Shown here: piece by piece, positions 40,262-51,510 of the stretch
Layout of the letters: each line of letters begins with the position of its first letter
Position numbering within the stretch: position 1 is the first letter of the stretch
From: an uncultured Acidobacteriota bacterium
Lineage (GTDB): Bacteria > Acidobacteriota > UBA6911 > RPQK01 > JAPXNP01
Assembly: GCA_963777605.1 (NCBI GenBank)
Contig: CAVZRV010000030.1
Coordinates: 64,001-128,000, forward strand
Direction: 5' to 3'
Length of the DNA: 64,000 nucleotides
Made by a program: the position numbers and the translations under genes
The notes under the pieces: model-generated
What the model saw: only the letters and a program-made list of their open reading frames with translations
What the model was told of the DNA's origin: nothing
Database searches by the model: none

Positions 40262-42220
40262 ATGCGTCCTTCAATGAAATCCTTGCATGGTCCGCTCCGG
40301 GTGATCTGTGTCTGCCTGATGCTCTCGTTTCCTGTCTTCAGCATGGGACAGGGCGGAGATCCCGAGGACCATCCCGGACCTAAACAGAGTAGCAGTTCCA
40401 AAGAGGGAGTACAGAAGGATCCGCTCACCGCCGTGCACCGGGAAGACGAGGTTGTCGTGACGGCCTCCCGGGGCGAGGAATCGGTTTCCGACAGTGTCTC
40501 ACTGGTGACCACGGTGAGCGGGCAGGAGATCGCCCAGTCGGGATCCCTGGTACTGGATGACGCCCTGCGCCAGATTCCGGGTTTCAGCCTCTTCCGGAGG
40601 AACAGCAGCCTCACGGCACATCCCACGACCCAGGGAGTCTCCTTGCGAGGCATCGGCCCCAGCGGAACCAGTCGATCGCTAGTCCTGCTCGACGGAGTTC
40701 CCCTGAACGACCCCTTTGGAGGCTGGGTTTACTGGAACCGGGTCCCCATTTCGGCTCTTCGCCAAGTCGAAGTTGTCCGGGGAGCAACCAGTCAACTTTA
40801 CGGGAGTTCCGCCCTGGGCGGGGTGATCCAGGTCCTTACCCGTGAACCTGGAGACGGGAACTTCTCTGGCTCGATCGCGGGCGGTTCCCACGCGACGATT
40901 GACCTCGACGCGACCTACAGCGGGACCGCAGCAGGAGCCAGGTACCTGGTCGGGGGACGCTTGTTCGACACCGACGGTTTCTACGTCATCGATCCCAGCT
41001 TGCGGGGCAGCATAGACCGGCCGGTGAGCCTCTCGTTCGGGACTTTCCTTGGCAAGGTGTCCATTGGGAAGGCCGACGTCGGTCTGAATTACTATTCGGA
41101 AGACCGCGGAAACGGTACTGTGTTGCAGACGAACTCGTCCAGCCTGGTTCAACTGAACGGAGGCTATACCGGCTCCAACTGGCGGGCGAACGGCTACTAC
41201 CAGGGCGGCCTCCTGGAAAGCCAGTTCTCGCGGATCCTTCCCGATCGATCGCAGGAGTTTCCTACGGCTTTTCAACGGTACGAGTCATCGGCTGTGGGCG
41301 GTTCTCTGGAGTGGAACCCTGCCGGTGACCTCCTGTTTGGAACTGATTGGAGGCGGGTTTCCTGGGACAGCGAATCTCAAAACCTCTGGGGAGCGTTCAC
41401 CCAGCTACGCCTGCCACTTCAACGACGACTCGACCTTCAGATCGGAGGGCGATTCGATGTCTGGGAAAACCAGTCCGCTCAGGGAACGTTAAGTCCCAAG
41501 GCCGGGATTCTCTTCAGGGCGACCGAGCGAATCGCCATCCGATCCTCGGTCTATCGGGGCTTTCGAGCTCCGACTCTGAACGAGCTGTATCGCCCGTTTC
41601 GGGTTGGAAACGTCGAAACCCTGGCCAACCCTGCGCTGGGAGCGGAAGCGCTCTGGGGAGGGGAAGGGGGATTTGACCTCTATCCCTCCGGCCATACCGT
41701 GGTCAGGTTGAATTTTTTCTGGAATCGCCTCGACAACCCGGTGGGAAACGTCACCCTTTCAGTTTCGGACAATCTGATCCTCCGGGAGCGACGCAACATC
41801 GGTCCTGCGACGGTGCAGGGAGTAGAGTCGGAGGCTCTCTGGCAATTGTCTTCGGACTGGTTCCTTGAGGCGGCCTACCTGTTCTCATCAACTCGGGTCG
41901 CCGAGACCGGGACCTGGATTCCCCAGGTGCCGCGCCACCAGGCATCGGCCTCTCTTCGCTACCAGGGGGTGTTGACGGCTACGCTCCAGGCGCGCGCTGC
42001 CAGCAGTGCGTTCGAGGATGATCTGAACGACTTCAGGATGGGCGGCTATGGACTTCTGGGATTCTCAGTATCCCGCAGGCTGATCAACGGGCTGGAAGTG
42101 TTCCTGACTGCAGAGAACCTGTTCGACAAGCGCTACCTGACCGGGCGGGTTCCCGATGAGCGCCTCGGAGAACCGCGCATCCTCTCGGGTGGGCTGAGGC
42201 TGAGCCTCAATCACCGTTGA
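40262..42220 (+). CDS. TonB-dependent receptor
   Basis: Signal peptide, EVVVTASR, SLRG, VLLDGVP, VEVVRG..S.LYG, FRAPTLNELY and ENLFDKRY. Start 40262 or 40274. Confidence 0.92.
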   Translation: MRPSMKSLHGPLRVICVCLMLSFPVFSMGQGGDPEDHPGPKQSSSSKEGVQKDPLTAVHREDEVVVTASRGEESVSDSVSLVTTVSGQEIAQSGSLVLDDALRQIPGFSLFRRNSSLTAHPTTQGVSLRGIGPSGTSRSLVLLDGVPLNDPFGGWVYWNRVPISALRQVEVVRGATSQLYGSSALGGVIQVLTREPGDGNFSGSIAGGSHATIDLDATYSGTAAGARYLVGGRLFDTDGFYVIDPSLRGSIDRPVSLSFGTFLGKVSIGKADVGLNYYSEDRGNGTVLQTNSSSLVQLNGGYTGSNWRANGYYQGGLLESQFSRILPDRSQEFPTAFQRYESSAVGGSLEWNPAGDLLFGTDWRRVSWDSESQNLWGAFTQLRLPLQRRLDLQIGGRFDVWENQSAQGTLSPKAGILFRATERIAIRSSVYRGFRAPTLNELYRPFRVGNVETLANPALGAEALWGGEGGFDLYPSGHTVVRLNFFWNRLDNPVGNVTLSVSDNLILRERRNIGPATVQGVESEALWQLSSDWFLEAAYLFSSTRVAETGTWIPQVPRHQASASLRYQGVLTATLQARAASSAFEDDLNDFRMGGYGLLGFSVSRRLINGLEVFLTAENLFDKRYLTGRVPDERLGEPRILSGGLRLSLNHR

Positions 42221-42240
42221 TCGGCGAGATCGCCCCAAAG

Positions 42241-42362
42241 CAGTCCAGGCAGCCCTGCCTGGACTGGCCGCCGGGCAGCCTTGCCCGGCGCTCTGAAGCA
42301 CAGTCGAGAGCTAAACGGGCCGGCGGCCCGTTTGACCTGTCAGGCTGGCAGCCTCGACTACC
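42241..42362. repeat. Cluster of palindromic hairpins between convergent genes (REP-like or bidirectional terminator)
   Basis: CAGTCCAGGCA-gccc-TGCCTGGACTG, GCCGGGCA-gcct-TGCCCGGC and AGGCTGGCAGCCT; shared core GGCAGCC. Confidence 0.6.
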
Positions 42363-42379
42363 CTGCGCGGGCAGTCGGA

Positions 42380-43360
42380 CTACCGGTCAACGAGACTCAT
42401 ATCCGGGTAGCGATTACCCGCCGCGGCGCCCACTGGAAAGACCCGGCTCAGAGCCTCGATTTCTCCGTCGGTGAGGGAAATCTCCGTTGCGGCCAGGTTC
42501 TGCTCCAGGTGGGAGGTCCGCCGGGTGCCCGGAATGGGAACGATGTGATCACTCTGCGCCAGGATCCATGCCAGGGCAACCTGGGCGCAGGTGACCTGCT
42601 TGTCGCGAGCGACGTTCTCGACCTGGCGGACGAGTTCAAGGTTGCGCCCGAAGTTCTTTCCCTGGAACCTCGGATTGGCTCTTCTCCAATCGTCTTCGTC
42701 CAGGTCATCGGGCGACTGGATGGCTCCGGACAGGAACCCGCGTCCGAGTGGGCTGTATGCAACGAAGGTGATTCCGAGTTCCCGGGTGACTTCAAGGTGT
42801 CCCGTTTCCGGGTCGCGGCTCCAAAGTGAGTATTCGGTCTGGAGCGCACTGATCGGGTGAACTGCATAGGCACGGCGAATGGTCCCCGGGTTCGCCTCGG
42901 ACAACCCGACGTGACGAACCTTGCCTTGCCTGACGAGGTCGCTCATCGCCCCGACTGTATCCTCGATGGGGATGTTGGGATCAACGCGATGCTGGTAGTA
43001 GAGGTCGATGTAGTCGGTCTTGAGCCGGCTCAGCGAGTTGTCGCAAGCCTTGCGGATGTATTCCGGGGATCCGTTAATGCCCAGAAACCGGCCGCTCTCG
43101 TCACGAACGATGCCGAACTTCGTGGCCAGCACGACTTTTTCGCGCCGGCCCTCGAGAGCCTTACCCAGCAGTTTTTCGTTGGTAAAGGGGCCATACATGT
43201 CGGCGGTATCGAAGAAGTTGACTCCAAGTTCGATTGCCCGGTGAATGGTTCGAATTGACTCCGCTTCATCCTTCGGGCTGTAGAAATCGGACATGCTCAT
43301 ACACCCCAGGCCGAGTGCGGAAATCGCGGGGCCGTCTTTTCCAAGTTGCCTCATTTTCAT
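42380..43360 (-). CDS. Aldo/keto reductase
   Basis: [31 protein letters not shown] and YSPLGRG. Confidence 0.95.
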   Translation of the reverse strand: MKMRQLGKDGPAISALGLGCMSMSDFYSPKDEAESIRTIHRAIELGVNFFDTADMYGPFTNEKLLGKALEGRREKVVLATKFGIVRDESGRFLGINGSPEYIRKACDNSLSRLKTDYIDLYYQHRVDPNIPIEDTVGAMSDLVRQGKVRHVGLSEANPGTIRRAYAVHPISALQTEYSLWSRDPETGHLEVTRELGITFVAYSPLGRGFLSGAIQSPDDLDEDDWRRANPRFQGKNFGRNLELVRQVENVARDKQVTCAQVALAWILAQSDHIVPIPGTRRTSHLEQNLAATEISLTDGEIEALSRVFPVGAAAGNRYPDMSLVDR

Positions 43361-43431
43361 GGTCTTGCTCACTTTCTGCGGTTTGAATTCAGGGTGTTGC
43401 GTTCCGAATTCCATTCTATCGACAATCCTGT

Positions 43432-43460
43432 CGGGGTTCCGGGGTTCCGGGGTTCCGGGG
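43432..43460. repeat. Octanucleotide tandem repeat (CGGGGTTC)x3.6
   Basis: Read directly from the sequence. Confidence 0.9.
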
Positions 43461-43601
43461 CGCAATCAGGGCGGCGCCCAGCATGGTGTGAAATGGACTT
43501 GCCCAGTATGAAGCCGAAGGCGGGATCCTGAGTTATCGCCTAGTCTATTCGATTTGACCCTCCGGGCCGGGCTTTCCCTTTGCCCCGAAACCCCGTTCCT
43601 C

Positions 43602-45095
43602 CTACGGTTTCCCGGGGGCGATTTCGATCGTCTTCTTGGGCTGCGGCTCGTAAGTTTCTTTCATAAGCCGGTCCCACTCCGCGGGGATCTCCGGGGATTC
43701 GGCAATCCTCCCCTGGTCGTTGGTCTCCATGATCCAGGCATCGAGAACAGACGAGAGGCGTTGCTGGATTTCCCGGTAATCGGGCAGTCCGGCCAGGTTG
43801 TGGATCTCGTAGGGGTCGTTCTCGAGGTCATAGAGTTCCTCGGCCGGCCGGGTCAGGTCGAAAAGGCGTTCCTGGACAGGGTCGAGGCGGCCCTCCTGGT
43901 GCAATTCCCGCATCAATGCCAGTACTGGATAGGTCCACTCCTTGTACCGGTTCAATTGCAGGAAAGGACGCTCCGGAAAGTAATTCCTGAGGAAGCGATA
44001 GCGCTCGTCCCGGACCGTGCGGATGCGATCGACTGTCTCGTCTCCTCGGTCACGTCCCCCGAAGACGTACTGGCGCGGCGGAGCGGCTTCATTTCCGAGG
44101 AAGACCCGACCCTGCATGAGCAGCGGGGGGTGGCTGCCGGCAATCGCCAGCGTAGTCGGGGCAAAATCAATCGCCGAGACCAGGCGGGTGCTGACCGCAC
44201 CCGGCGAAAAACCCTCCGGCCGTGGAAAACCTTCCGGCCAGCGGACGATCAGGGGAACGTGCAGGCCGCTCTCGTACGGCCACTGTTTCCCGCGGATCAT
44301 GGCCCGGCCGTTGTCCCCAAAGAAGATGACCACGGTGTTTTCCTCCAGGCCGTCCTGGCGGAGCAGGTCCATGACGAAACCGATTTTCCGGTCCAGCGCC
44401 ATCGCGGCATCCAGGTAGTTGGCCCAGTCCTGGCGGGTAATCGGATCGTCCGGGTAGTAGGGTGGAACGCGGACGAGCTCGGGGTCGGCACGCCTGTCGA
44501 TGTGCTGGGCGGCCTCGTCCCATTCGCGGCCCCGGTGAGTCTCAGAGAAATTGATCTGGGCATAAAACGGTTGATGTGCCGCCAGGTCGGACCAGCGGTC
44601 GGAATCGAACGGCTTTCCTTCGTAGGTGAAGTTCCAGTCCGTCTTGCCGGTACCCCGGTAGAAATGTTCCTCGGGATTGTCGGATAGATGAACGATGTTC
44701 GCGGTGAAGTACCCGATCGATCGCAACCAGTCGGGGAGCGTTCGGACGCCGTCGGGCAGCTGGTAGCCGTCGGAGCGGTGTGACCGGTGGTTTTGGGCGT
44801 CGATTGAGGTCTGGTACATACCGGTCATAAAGGCCGAGCGGCTGGGGGAACAGACTGGAGCCGTCGTGTAGGCCCGAGTATAGAGAACTCCCTCCGAGGC
44901 AATGCGATCCAGGTTCGGGGTCCAGACCTGGGGATGTCCATAGCAGGAAAGTTCAGGTCCCAGATCCTCTGCGATCAACCAGAGAACGTTGGGGCGCCTG
45001 GTGCCGGACTGATCGGGAACCGGTTGCCGGGCTACGGTGAAAGTCACGGACGTAACGAGGACGACGAGCAGGACGGATAATCGAAGGCGCATCAT
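43602..45095 (-). CDS. Exported formylglycine-dependent sulfatase
   Basis: RPNVLWLIAEDL, TPNLD, CSPSR, GDNG, RGK and ELYDLENDP. Confidence 0.94.
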   Translation of the reverse strand: MMRLRLSVLLVVLVTSVTFTVARQPVPDQSGTRRPNVLWLIAEDLGPELSCYGHPQVWTPNLDRIASEGVLYTRAYTTAPVCSPSRSAFMTGMYQTSIDAQNHRSHRSDGYQLPDGVRTLPDWLRSIGYFTANIVHLSDNPEEHFYRGTGKTDWNFTYEGKPFDSDRWSDLAAHQPFYAQINFSETHRGREWDEAAQHIDRRADPELVRVPPYYPDDPITRQDWANYLDAAMALDRKIGFVMDLLRQDGLEENTVVIFFGDNGRAMIRGKQWPYESGLHVPLIVRWPEGFPRPEGFSPGAVSTRLVSAIDFAPTTLAIAGSHPPLLMQGRVFLGNEAAPPRQYVFGGRDRGDETVDRIRTVRDERYRFLRNYFPERPFLQLNRYKEWTYPVLALMRELHQEGRLDPVQERLFDLTRPAEELYDLENDPYEIHNLAGLPDYREIQQRLSSVLDAWIMETNDQGRIAESPEIPAEWDRLMKETYEPQPKKTIEIAPGKP

Positions 45096-45371
45096 TTGTC
45101 CTGGATCTTAAAGAAGGCCTCGGAATATGGCAACAAGGGCGTCGAAGCGCCTCCCGGTTCAGGGTCCCCCCGGGCTTGGACTATCGGTTGTTCAGAGCGT
45201 TGCAACTCTCCTGGCGATTTGCCTGGGATCAGTGCAAAATAACTGAAGTCTCAAGGGTGCACTGTAGTGCGCCGTTTGATTAGGTATTAGCCGGGTTTGG
45301 GGATGCGAATGGGTGAGCCGGGTTATTCCCGGTTCCGCGCGGAACTCGGCGTTTGAGGAAAGCCTCCTTCG

Positions 45372-45926
45372 GTGAAACCGAAACCGGACGACCAGTCGGA
45401 TCTGTCGAACCTGATGAGCCGCTATCAAGCGGGTGATTCGGCGGCGCCCGAGCAGATCTACCACAGGACGCGGGCCCGGGTGATGTATTACCTGCTTTCG
45501 CGAACGCTGGACAAGTCGTATGCCGAAGATTTATTGCAGGAGACTTTTCTGCAGCTGCACCGTTCCAGGCGGACGTACCGGCCTGGTAGGCCGGTGATGC
45601 CCTGGATTCTCGGGATAGCCCGTCACGTGATGCTGATGAATAGGCGCTCCGAGGCCCGACGGTCCCGGGTCCTGGTCGCCTCCGACGGATCCGAACTTCC
45701 CGAGATTCCCGTGCCGGCCGAGTTGGACCAGTTGGCCGACCGCGAGCTGGTTCAAAAGGCCTTGCGCGAGTTGACTCCCGATCAGCGCGAGGCGCTGGTC
45801 CTTCACTATGTCTGGGGACTAAGCTATCGCGAGATTGGCCGGAGCCTGGGAGTTCTGGCAAATACGGCGAAGTTGAGAGCGTTTCGGGGATTGCAGCAGG
45901 TCAAAGCCATTCTTAAGCGGGTGTAA
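45372..45926 (+). CDS. ECF RNA polymerase sigma factor
   Basis: AEDLLQETF, PWILGIARH and region 4 QREALVL..GLSYREIG. Confidence 0.92.
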   Translation: MKPKPDDQSDLSNLMSRYQAGDSAAPEQIYHRTRARVMYYLLSRTLDKSYAEDLLQETFLQLHRSRRTYRPGRPVMPWILGIARHVMLMNRRSEARRSRVLVASDGSELPEIPVPAELDQLADRELVQKALRELTPDQREALVLHYVWGLSYREIGRSLGVLANTAKLRAFRGLQQVKAILKRV

Positions 45927-45968
45927 CCGGTTTGCGAAAGCAGGCAAATAGACAACTGGGGAACAAAC

Positions 45969-46655
45969 TTGGGCAGTGAAGGAAACCGAAACGACCGGGT
46001 ACTCAAGGCGCTGAAGCAGGAAATCGGCGACACCTTGTCCCCCGTGCGTCCACTCCAGCCTCCCTGGATCAGAGCTGGCTCGATGACGTTCAGCTGGTTT
46101 CTCTTGCTTGGCCTTACTCTGGTCACGTTCGGGTTGCGAAGGGATTACGCGGAGATCGGCCCCCTCGCTTCCTGGGGCATTTCCGCGCTGCAGTGGCTGG
46201 TCGCCTACGGAGTGGCCTGGAGCGGTCTGCGCCTGGCGGTACCCGGAGACTTGACGCCGGGATCCGGTCGCGCAATGTTGCTTTTCTCCGGGTTCGCGAT
46301 TCATTTTGCCGGGGCCTGGTTGGCCTTTCGGGTGAGTCCCTCGTATGTCGAGCAGGGCCAGGAAGTCCGAATGACGATTGTCTGCTTCGTGTTCATCAGC
46401 CTGCTGGCGCTGCTGCCTCTTGTCCTGTCTATTCGCCTGGCTTCACAGGGTTTGGTGACAGAGTCCGTCCACGCCGGGATCCTGATCGGCCTTTCGGCAG
46501 GCCTGGCCGCCGAGGGGGCTTGGCGGATGCACTGCCCCTACACATCGTGGGAGCATATTTTCAGCGGCCATTCCCCGGCGGTTGTGGCGGTAACCCTGGC
46601 TGGTTTTTTCTGGTTCCGGCGACGTTCCAGGCCGCGGGCCAAGGTCGTGTCGTGA
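45969..46655 (+). CDS. NrsF/DUF1109-like membrane anti-sigma factor
   Basis: Directly downstream of the ECF gene; LSPVRPL, multiple TM helices, LAVPG, Cys in IVCF and MHCP...H. Confidence 0.8.
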   Translation: MGSEGNRNDRVLKALKQEIGDTLSPVRPLQPPWIRAGSMTFSWFLLLGLTLVTFGLRRDYAEIGPLASWGISALQWLVAYGVAWSGLRLAVPGDLTPGSGRAMLLFSGFAIHFAGAWLAFRVSPSYVEQGQEVRMTIVCFVFISLLALLPLVLSIRLASQGLVTESVHAGILIGLSAGLAAEGAWRMHCPYTSWEHIFSGHSPAVVAVTLAGFFWFRRRSRPRAKVVS

Positions 46656-46750
46656 ACTTGAAACTTAACTTTGGATGATTTGGAGAACCTGGAAGATCCG
46701 GATGAACTGAGACTTCGATTTGATGAGTTTGACGACCTGGATAATTCAGA
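46655..46750 (+). repeat. Dispersed intergenic repeat, copy B plus degenerate tandem copy
   Basis: 46655-46704 matches the reverse complement of 14656-14705 at 41/50; a weaker copy follows at 46705-46750. Confidence 0.72.
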
Positions 46751-46754
46751 CCGT

Positions 46755-47198
46755 TCAGCGACGGCCGCGCACGGGGCCATTGCCCCGGTTGTAGATCCAT
46801 GCGGCCACCAGGGCGGCGAGGACGGTTTCACCCAGCCCCCAGATGATTCCGAACAGCATCAGCCTCCAGGGGAAAATCTTCAGAATTCCCAGCCAGGCGC
46901 AGGTGTAGAGGTACACGGTCAACCACACGGTGAGAGCGGCCTCCAGTACCGACAGCACGCTCGATCCGGTCCGCCGCCGCAAAAGGACAGTCAGCCAGGC
47001 CAGGAACACGCCCAGCAGGATGGTGATCCCTCCCAGCGTGATGCCGGCCGCCGGCCCGATCTGGAGGTTGAGTTCAAAAAGGACCTGCTCCCACTCGGGA
47101 CCCAGGAGTAGGCCGTTCAAAACGGCCTCTCCTGCCACCAGGACGAGTCCCGCGAGGATTCCCGCCCAGACCAGTCGAACCCAATTCAGTTCTTTCAT
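46755..47198 (-). CDS. Hypothetical four-TM membrane protein
   Basis: MKELNWVRLVWAGILAG..., hydrophobic helices; fills the gap between neighbouring genes. Confidence 0.75.
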   Translation of the reverse strand: MKELNWVRLVWAGILAGLVLVAGEAVLNGLLLGPEWEQVLFELNLQIGPAAGITLGGITILLGVFLAWLTVLLRRRTGSSVLSVLEAALTVWLTVYLYTCAWLGILKIFPWRLMLFGIIWGLGETVLAALVAAWIYNRGNGPVRGRR

Positions 47199-47240
47199 CG
47201 CAGAGCCTGACTTAATCAGTCTGCCAGCGCCGCGCTCCGG

Positions 47241-47837
47241 TTACAATGCCTGCGGCGGCTTTGAGCGGACTGCATTTCGGCGAATCGAAACCGCCCGAGT
47301 CCGGAGTTCGGATGCCATTTGGGCCTTGTCGGTCTGCCGGTAGACGGCGGCCAGGTTTTCCAGACAACTCGCAACTTCGACGTGATCTCTGCCGAAGCGC
47401 TCTTCGACCAGGGGGAGGAGGCATTCAAAGAGAGAGCCGGCCTCGTCGAACTTGCGCTGGTGGAGCAAGAGGATGCCGAGATTGTTCAAGGAGAGAGCAT
47501 GACTCGGGTCGCCGGCCGGCAGCATTTCGTTGCTGACAGCAAGTGCTTTCCGATAGAGCCGCTCGGCATTCTGGTTGGAGCCCGCAAATTCCTGGAAAAG
47601 GTCTCCAAGTTGGTTCAACTTGGAGACTCTACCGGCCGGAGTCGGATCGATTTTGAAGATTGCTTCTTCAGTAGTCCGAAGGAGCGGTTCGATCTGTTCA
47701 AACCGGCGTGCCTGGATGGCCTGGTAGACGACACCGACCCGGGTTTGCCAGGCTCCCTCGATGGTCCAAGGGGAATTGGGCAGAAGGCCGTTCAGCCAGT
47801 AGCCGATTTGGTTCGTGAAGCGAGTTCTCCACCCCAT
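47241..47837 (-). CDS. Tetratricopeptide repeat protein (kinesin-light-chain-like repeats)
   Basis: AERLYRKAL, SLNNLG and HVEVASCLENLAAVY. Confidence 0.85.
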   Translation of the reverse strand: MGWRTRFTNQIGYWLNGLLPNSPWTIEGAWQTRVGVVYQAIQARRFEQIEPLLRTTEEAIFKIDPTPAGRVSKLNQLGDLFQEFAGSNQNAERLYRKALAVSNEMLPAGDPSHALSLNNLGILLLHQRKFDEAGSLFECLLPLVEERFGRDHVEVASCLENLAAVYRQTDKAQMASELRTRAVSIRRNAVRSKPPQAL

Positions 47838-47945
47838 TGATCCGCCATGTTAGCAGATCCCGGATCGCCGGGAGGAGGACGTGCCGGTTTATGTTTCTTT
47901 CCCGGTGTCCGACAATAGGCCGGGAAAGGAACACCCGGAAACACT

Positions 47946-49808
<1,863 letters not shown>

Positions 49809-49838
49809 CGGATCTGTCGGGTAAGCTATAGAGAATCG

Positions 49839-51500
49839 ATGGTTAGCTTTCTCTTGCACCAGCTTTTGCCCGCTTCTGTTTTCTGGATAGCGGTGCTTTT
49901 CTCGATATCCTCTCTGCCGGCGGCGGATACCAGGCCATCCGGGATCAACCCGTCAAAGTGGCAGGCGCACCTTCGATTTCTTGCCGACGATCGGCTGGCC
50001 GGTCGGGCGGTCGGGACTCCGGGAGCAGAGGAGGCAGCGGACTACATCGCGGATCAGTTGGAGGTCGCCGGCGTTGAGCCGGTGGGGGGCGAAGGGTTCT
50101 TCCAGCGCATTCCAATGCGAGGCGCCCACCCGCTTCGTTCGTCTCGCATGACACTGGTGAGCGGTTTGGACGAAGTCAGGTTGCAACTCGGAACCGACTA
50201 CCTCCTTTATCGCACCGGTGCCCAGACCTACATTACGAACCCGGTGCCTCTGGTCTTTGCTGGTTATGGAATCGTGGCCCCGGAGTACGACTACAACAGC
50301 TATAACGATATTGACGTGGCTGGGAAGATCGTCGTACTGCTGACCGGCGAGCCGTCTTCGACCCGCAATTCCTACTTTGGCGGTCATGCCCGAACGATCT
50401 ACAGCGATCCCGAGGCGAAGCACCGGCTCGCCATTTCACGTGGAGCCCGGGGAACGATCCTGATTCCCGACCCCCGTGACGAGAACCGGCGCAGCTGGGA
50501 ATTCTGGCGAAAAGAATTTTCCTTCGAACAGGTGAGCCTGGCCTACAGTCCGGTGGGTTCGTTCAGTATCCTGATGCGCCCGGAGTCGGCCGGTCGCCTG
50601 TTCGATCAGGCGCGCTATTCACTGCCGGATATCCTGGATCGAGAGAAGTCCGGGGAGATGGTCAGCTTTGACCTGGCTACGCGGCTTTCGTTTCACGGGG
50701 AATTCGAAGAGAGGGAGTTCATCGGCCGAAATGTGATCGGATACCTTCCGGGCAGTCAGCCTGGCCTTCGCGATACCGCCGTTCTGCTGAGCGCCCACTA
50801 CGACGGACTGGGAGTCGGACCTCCGGTCAACGGTGACTCGATCTATAACGGAGCCTTCGACAACGCGGCCGGGGTTGCGGCGCTGCTGGAGATCGCCGGG
50901 GTTTTGGCGGCTCGACCCTCTCGTCCCGCCCGGTCGTTTCTCTTTCTCTTCACGACGGGAGAGGAGAATGGCCTTCTGGGGTCGCTGTTTTACACCGAGC
51001 ACCCGGTCTTTCCCCTCTACCGGACGGTTGCGGCAGTCAACATCGACGGGATTGCGGCTTTCGACACGTTTCAGGATGTGATCGGAGTTGGCAGTCGGCT
51101 CTCGACCTTGGGGGATGTGCTTGACGACACTGCCACGGCAGAGGGGCTCACGGTGACTGCAATTCCCTCCGATCGCGAAAGGACGGAGGCATTCAACAAG
51201 TCGGACCAGGTGGCCTTCGCGGAGGCAGGAGTCCCCTCGATTCTGATTTTGGACGGCCTTCGCAACCGGCATGGCGGTGCGGGTAATGTCCTGGATTGGC
51301 TTCGGGACTGGAATCTGCGGATCTATCACAGTCCCTTCGACGATCTTTCGCAGTCCGTGGATCTGGCTGCGGTGACCCAGCACTGCGACTTCATCCTCTC
51401 GTTTTGTGACCGCCTGGCTCGTATCCCCAAGCCGCCGGAATGGCGTGAAAACGTTGCTTACTCCCAGGTTCGGCTGCAGTCGATCGCGGAACGGCGTTGA
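49839..51500 (+). CDS. Exported M28 family metallopeptidase with PA domain
   Basis: FAGYGI, SAHYD, NGAFDNAAG, GEENG and YHSPFD. Confidence 0.88.
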   Translation: MVSFLLHQLLPASVFWIAVLFSISSLPAADTRPSGINPSKWQAHLRFLADDRLAGRAVGTPGAEEAADYIADQLEVAGVEPVGGEGFFQRIPMRGAHPLRSSRMTLVSGLDEVRLQLGTDYLLYRTGAQTYITNPVPLVFAGYGIVAPEYDYNSYNDIDVAGKIVVLLTGEPSSTRNSYFGGHARTIYSDPEAKHRLAISRGARGTILIPDPRDENRRSWEFWRKEFSFEQVSLAYSPVGSFSILMRPESAGRLFDQARYSLPDILDREKSGEMVSFDLATRLSFHGEFEEREFIGRNVIGYLPGSQPGLRDTAVLLSAHYDGLGVGPPVNGDSIYNGAFDNAAGVAALLEIAGVLAARPSRPARSFLFLFTTGEENGLLGSLFYTEHPVFPLYRTVAAVNIDGIAAFDTFQDVIGVGSRLSTLGDVLDDTATAEGLTVTAIPSDRERTEAFNKSDQVAFAEAGVPSILILDGLRNRHGGAGNVLDWLRDWNLRIYHSPFDDLSQSVDLAAVTQHCDFILSFCDRLARIPKPPEWRENVAYSQVRLQSIAERR

Positions 51501-51510
51501 GAGAACATCG

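Noticed and set aside
46671-47111. Acidic-repeat ORF MDDLENLEDPDE...
   Set aside because: The N-terminus is a translation of the 9-nt periodic repeat; the rest is antisense to a membrane protein gene.
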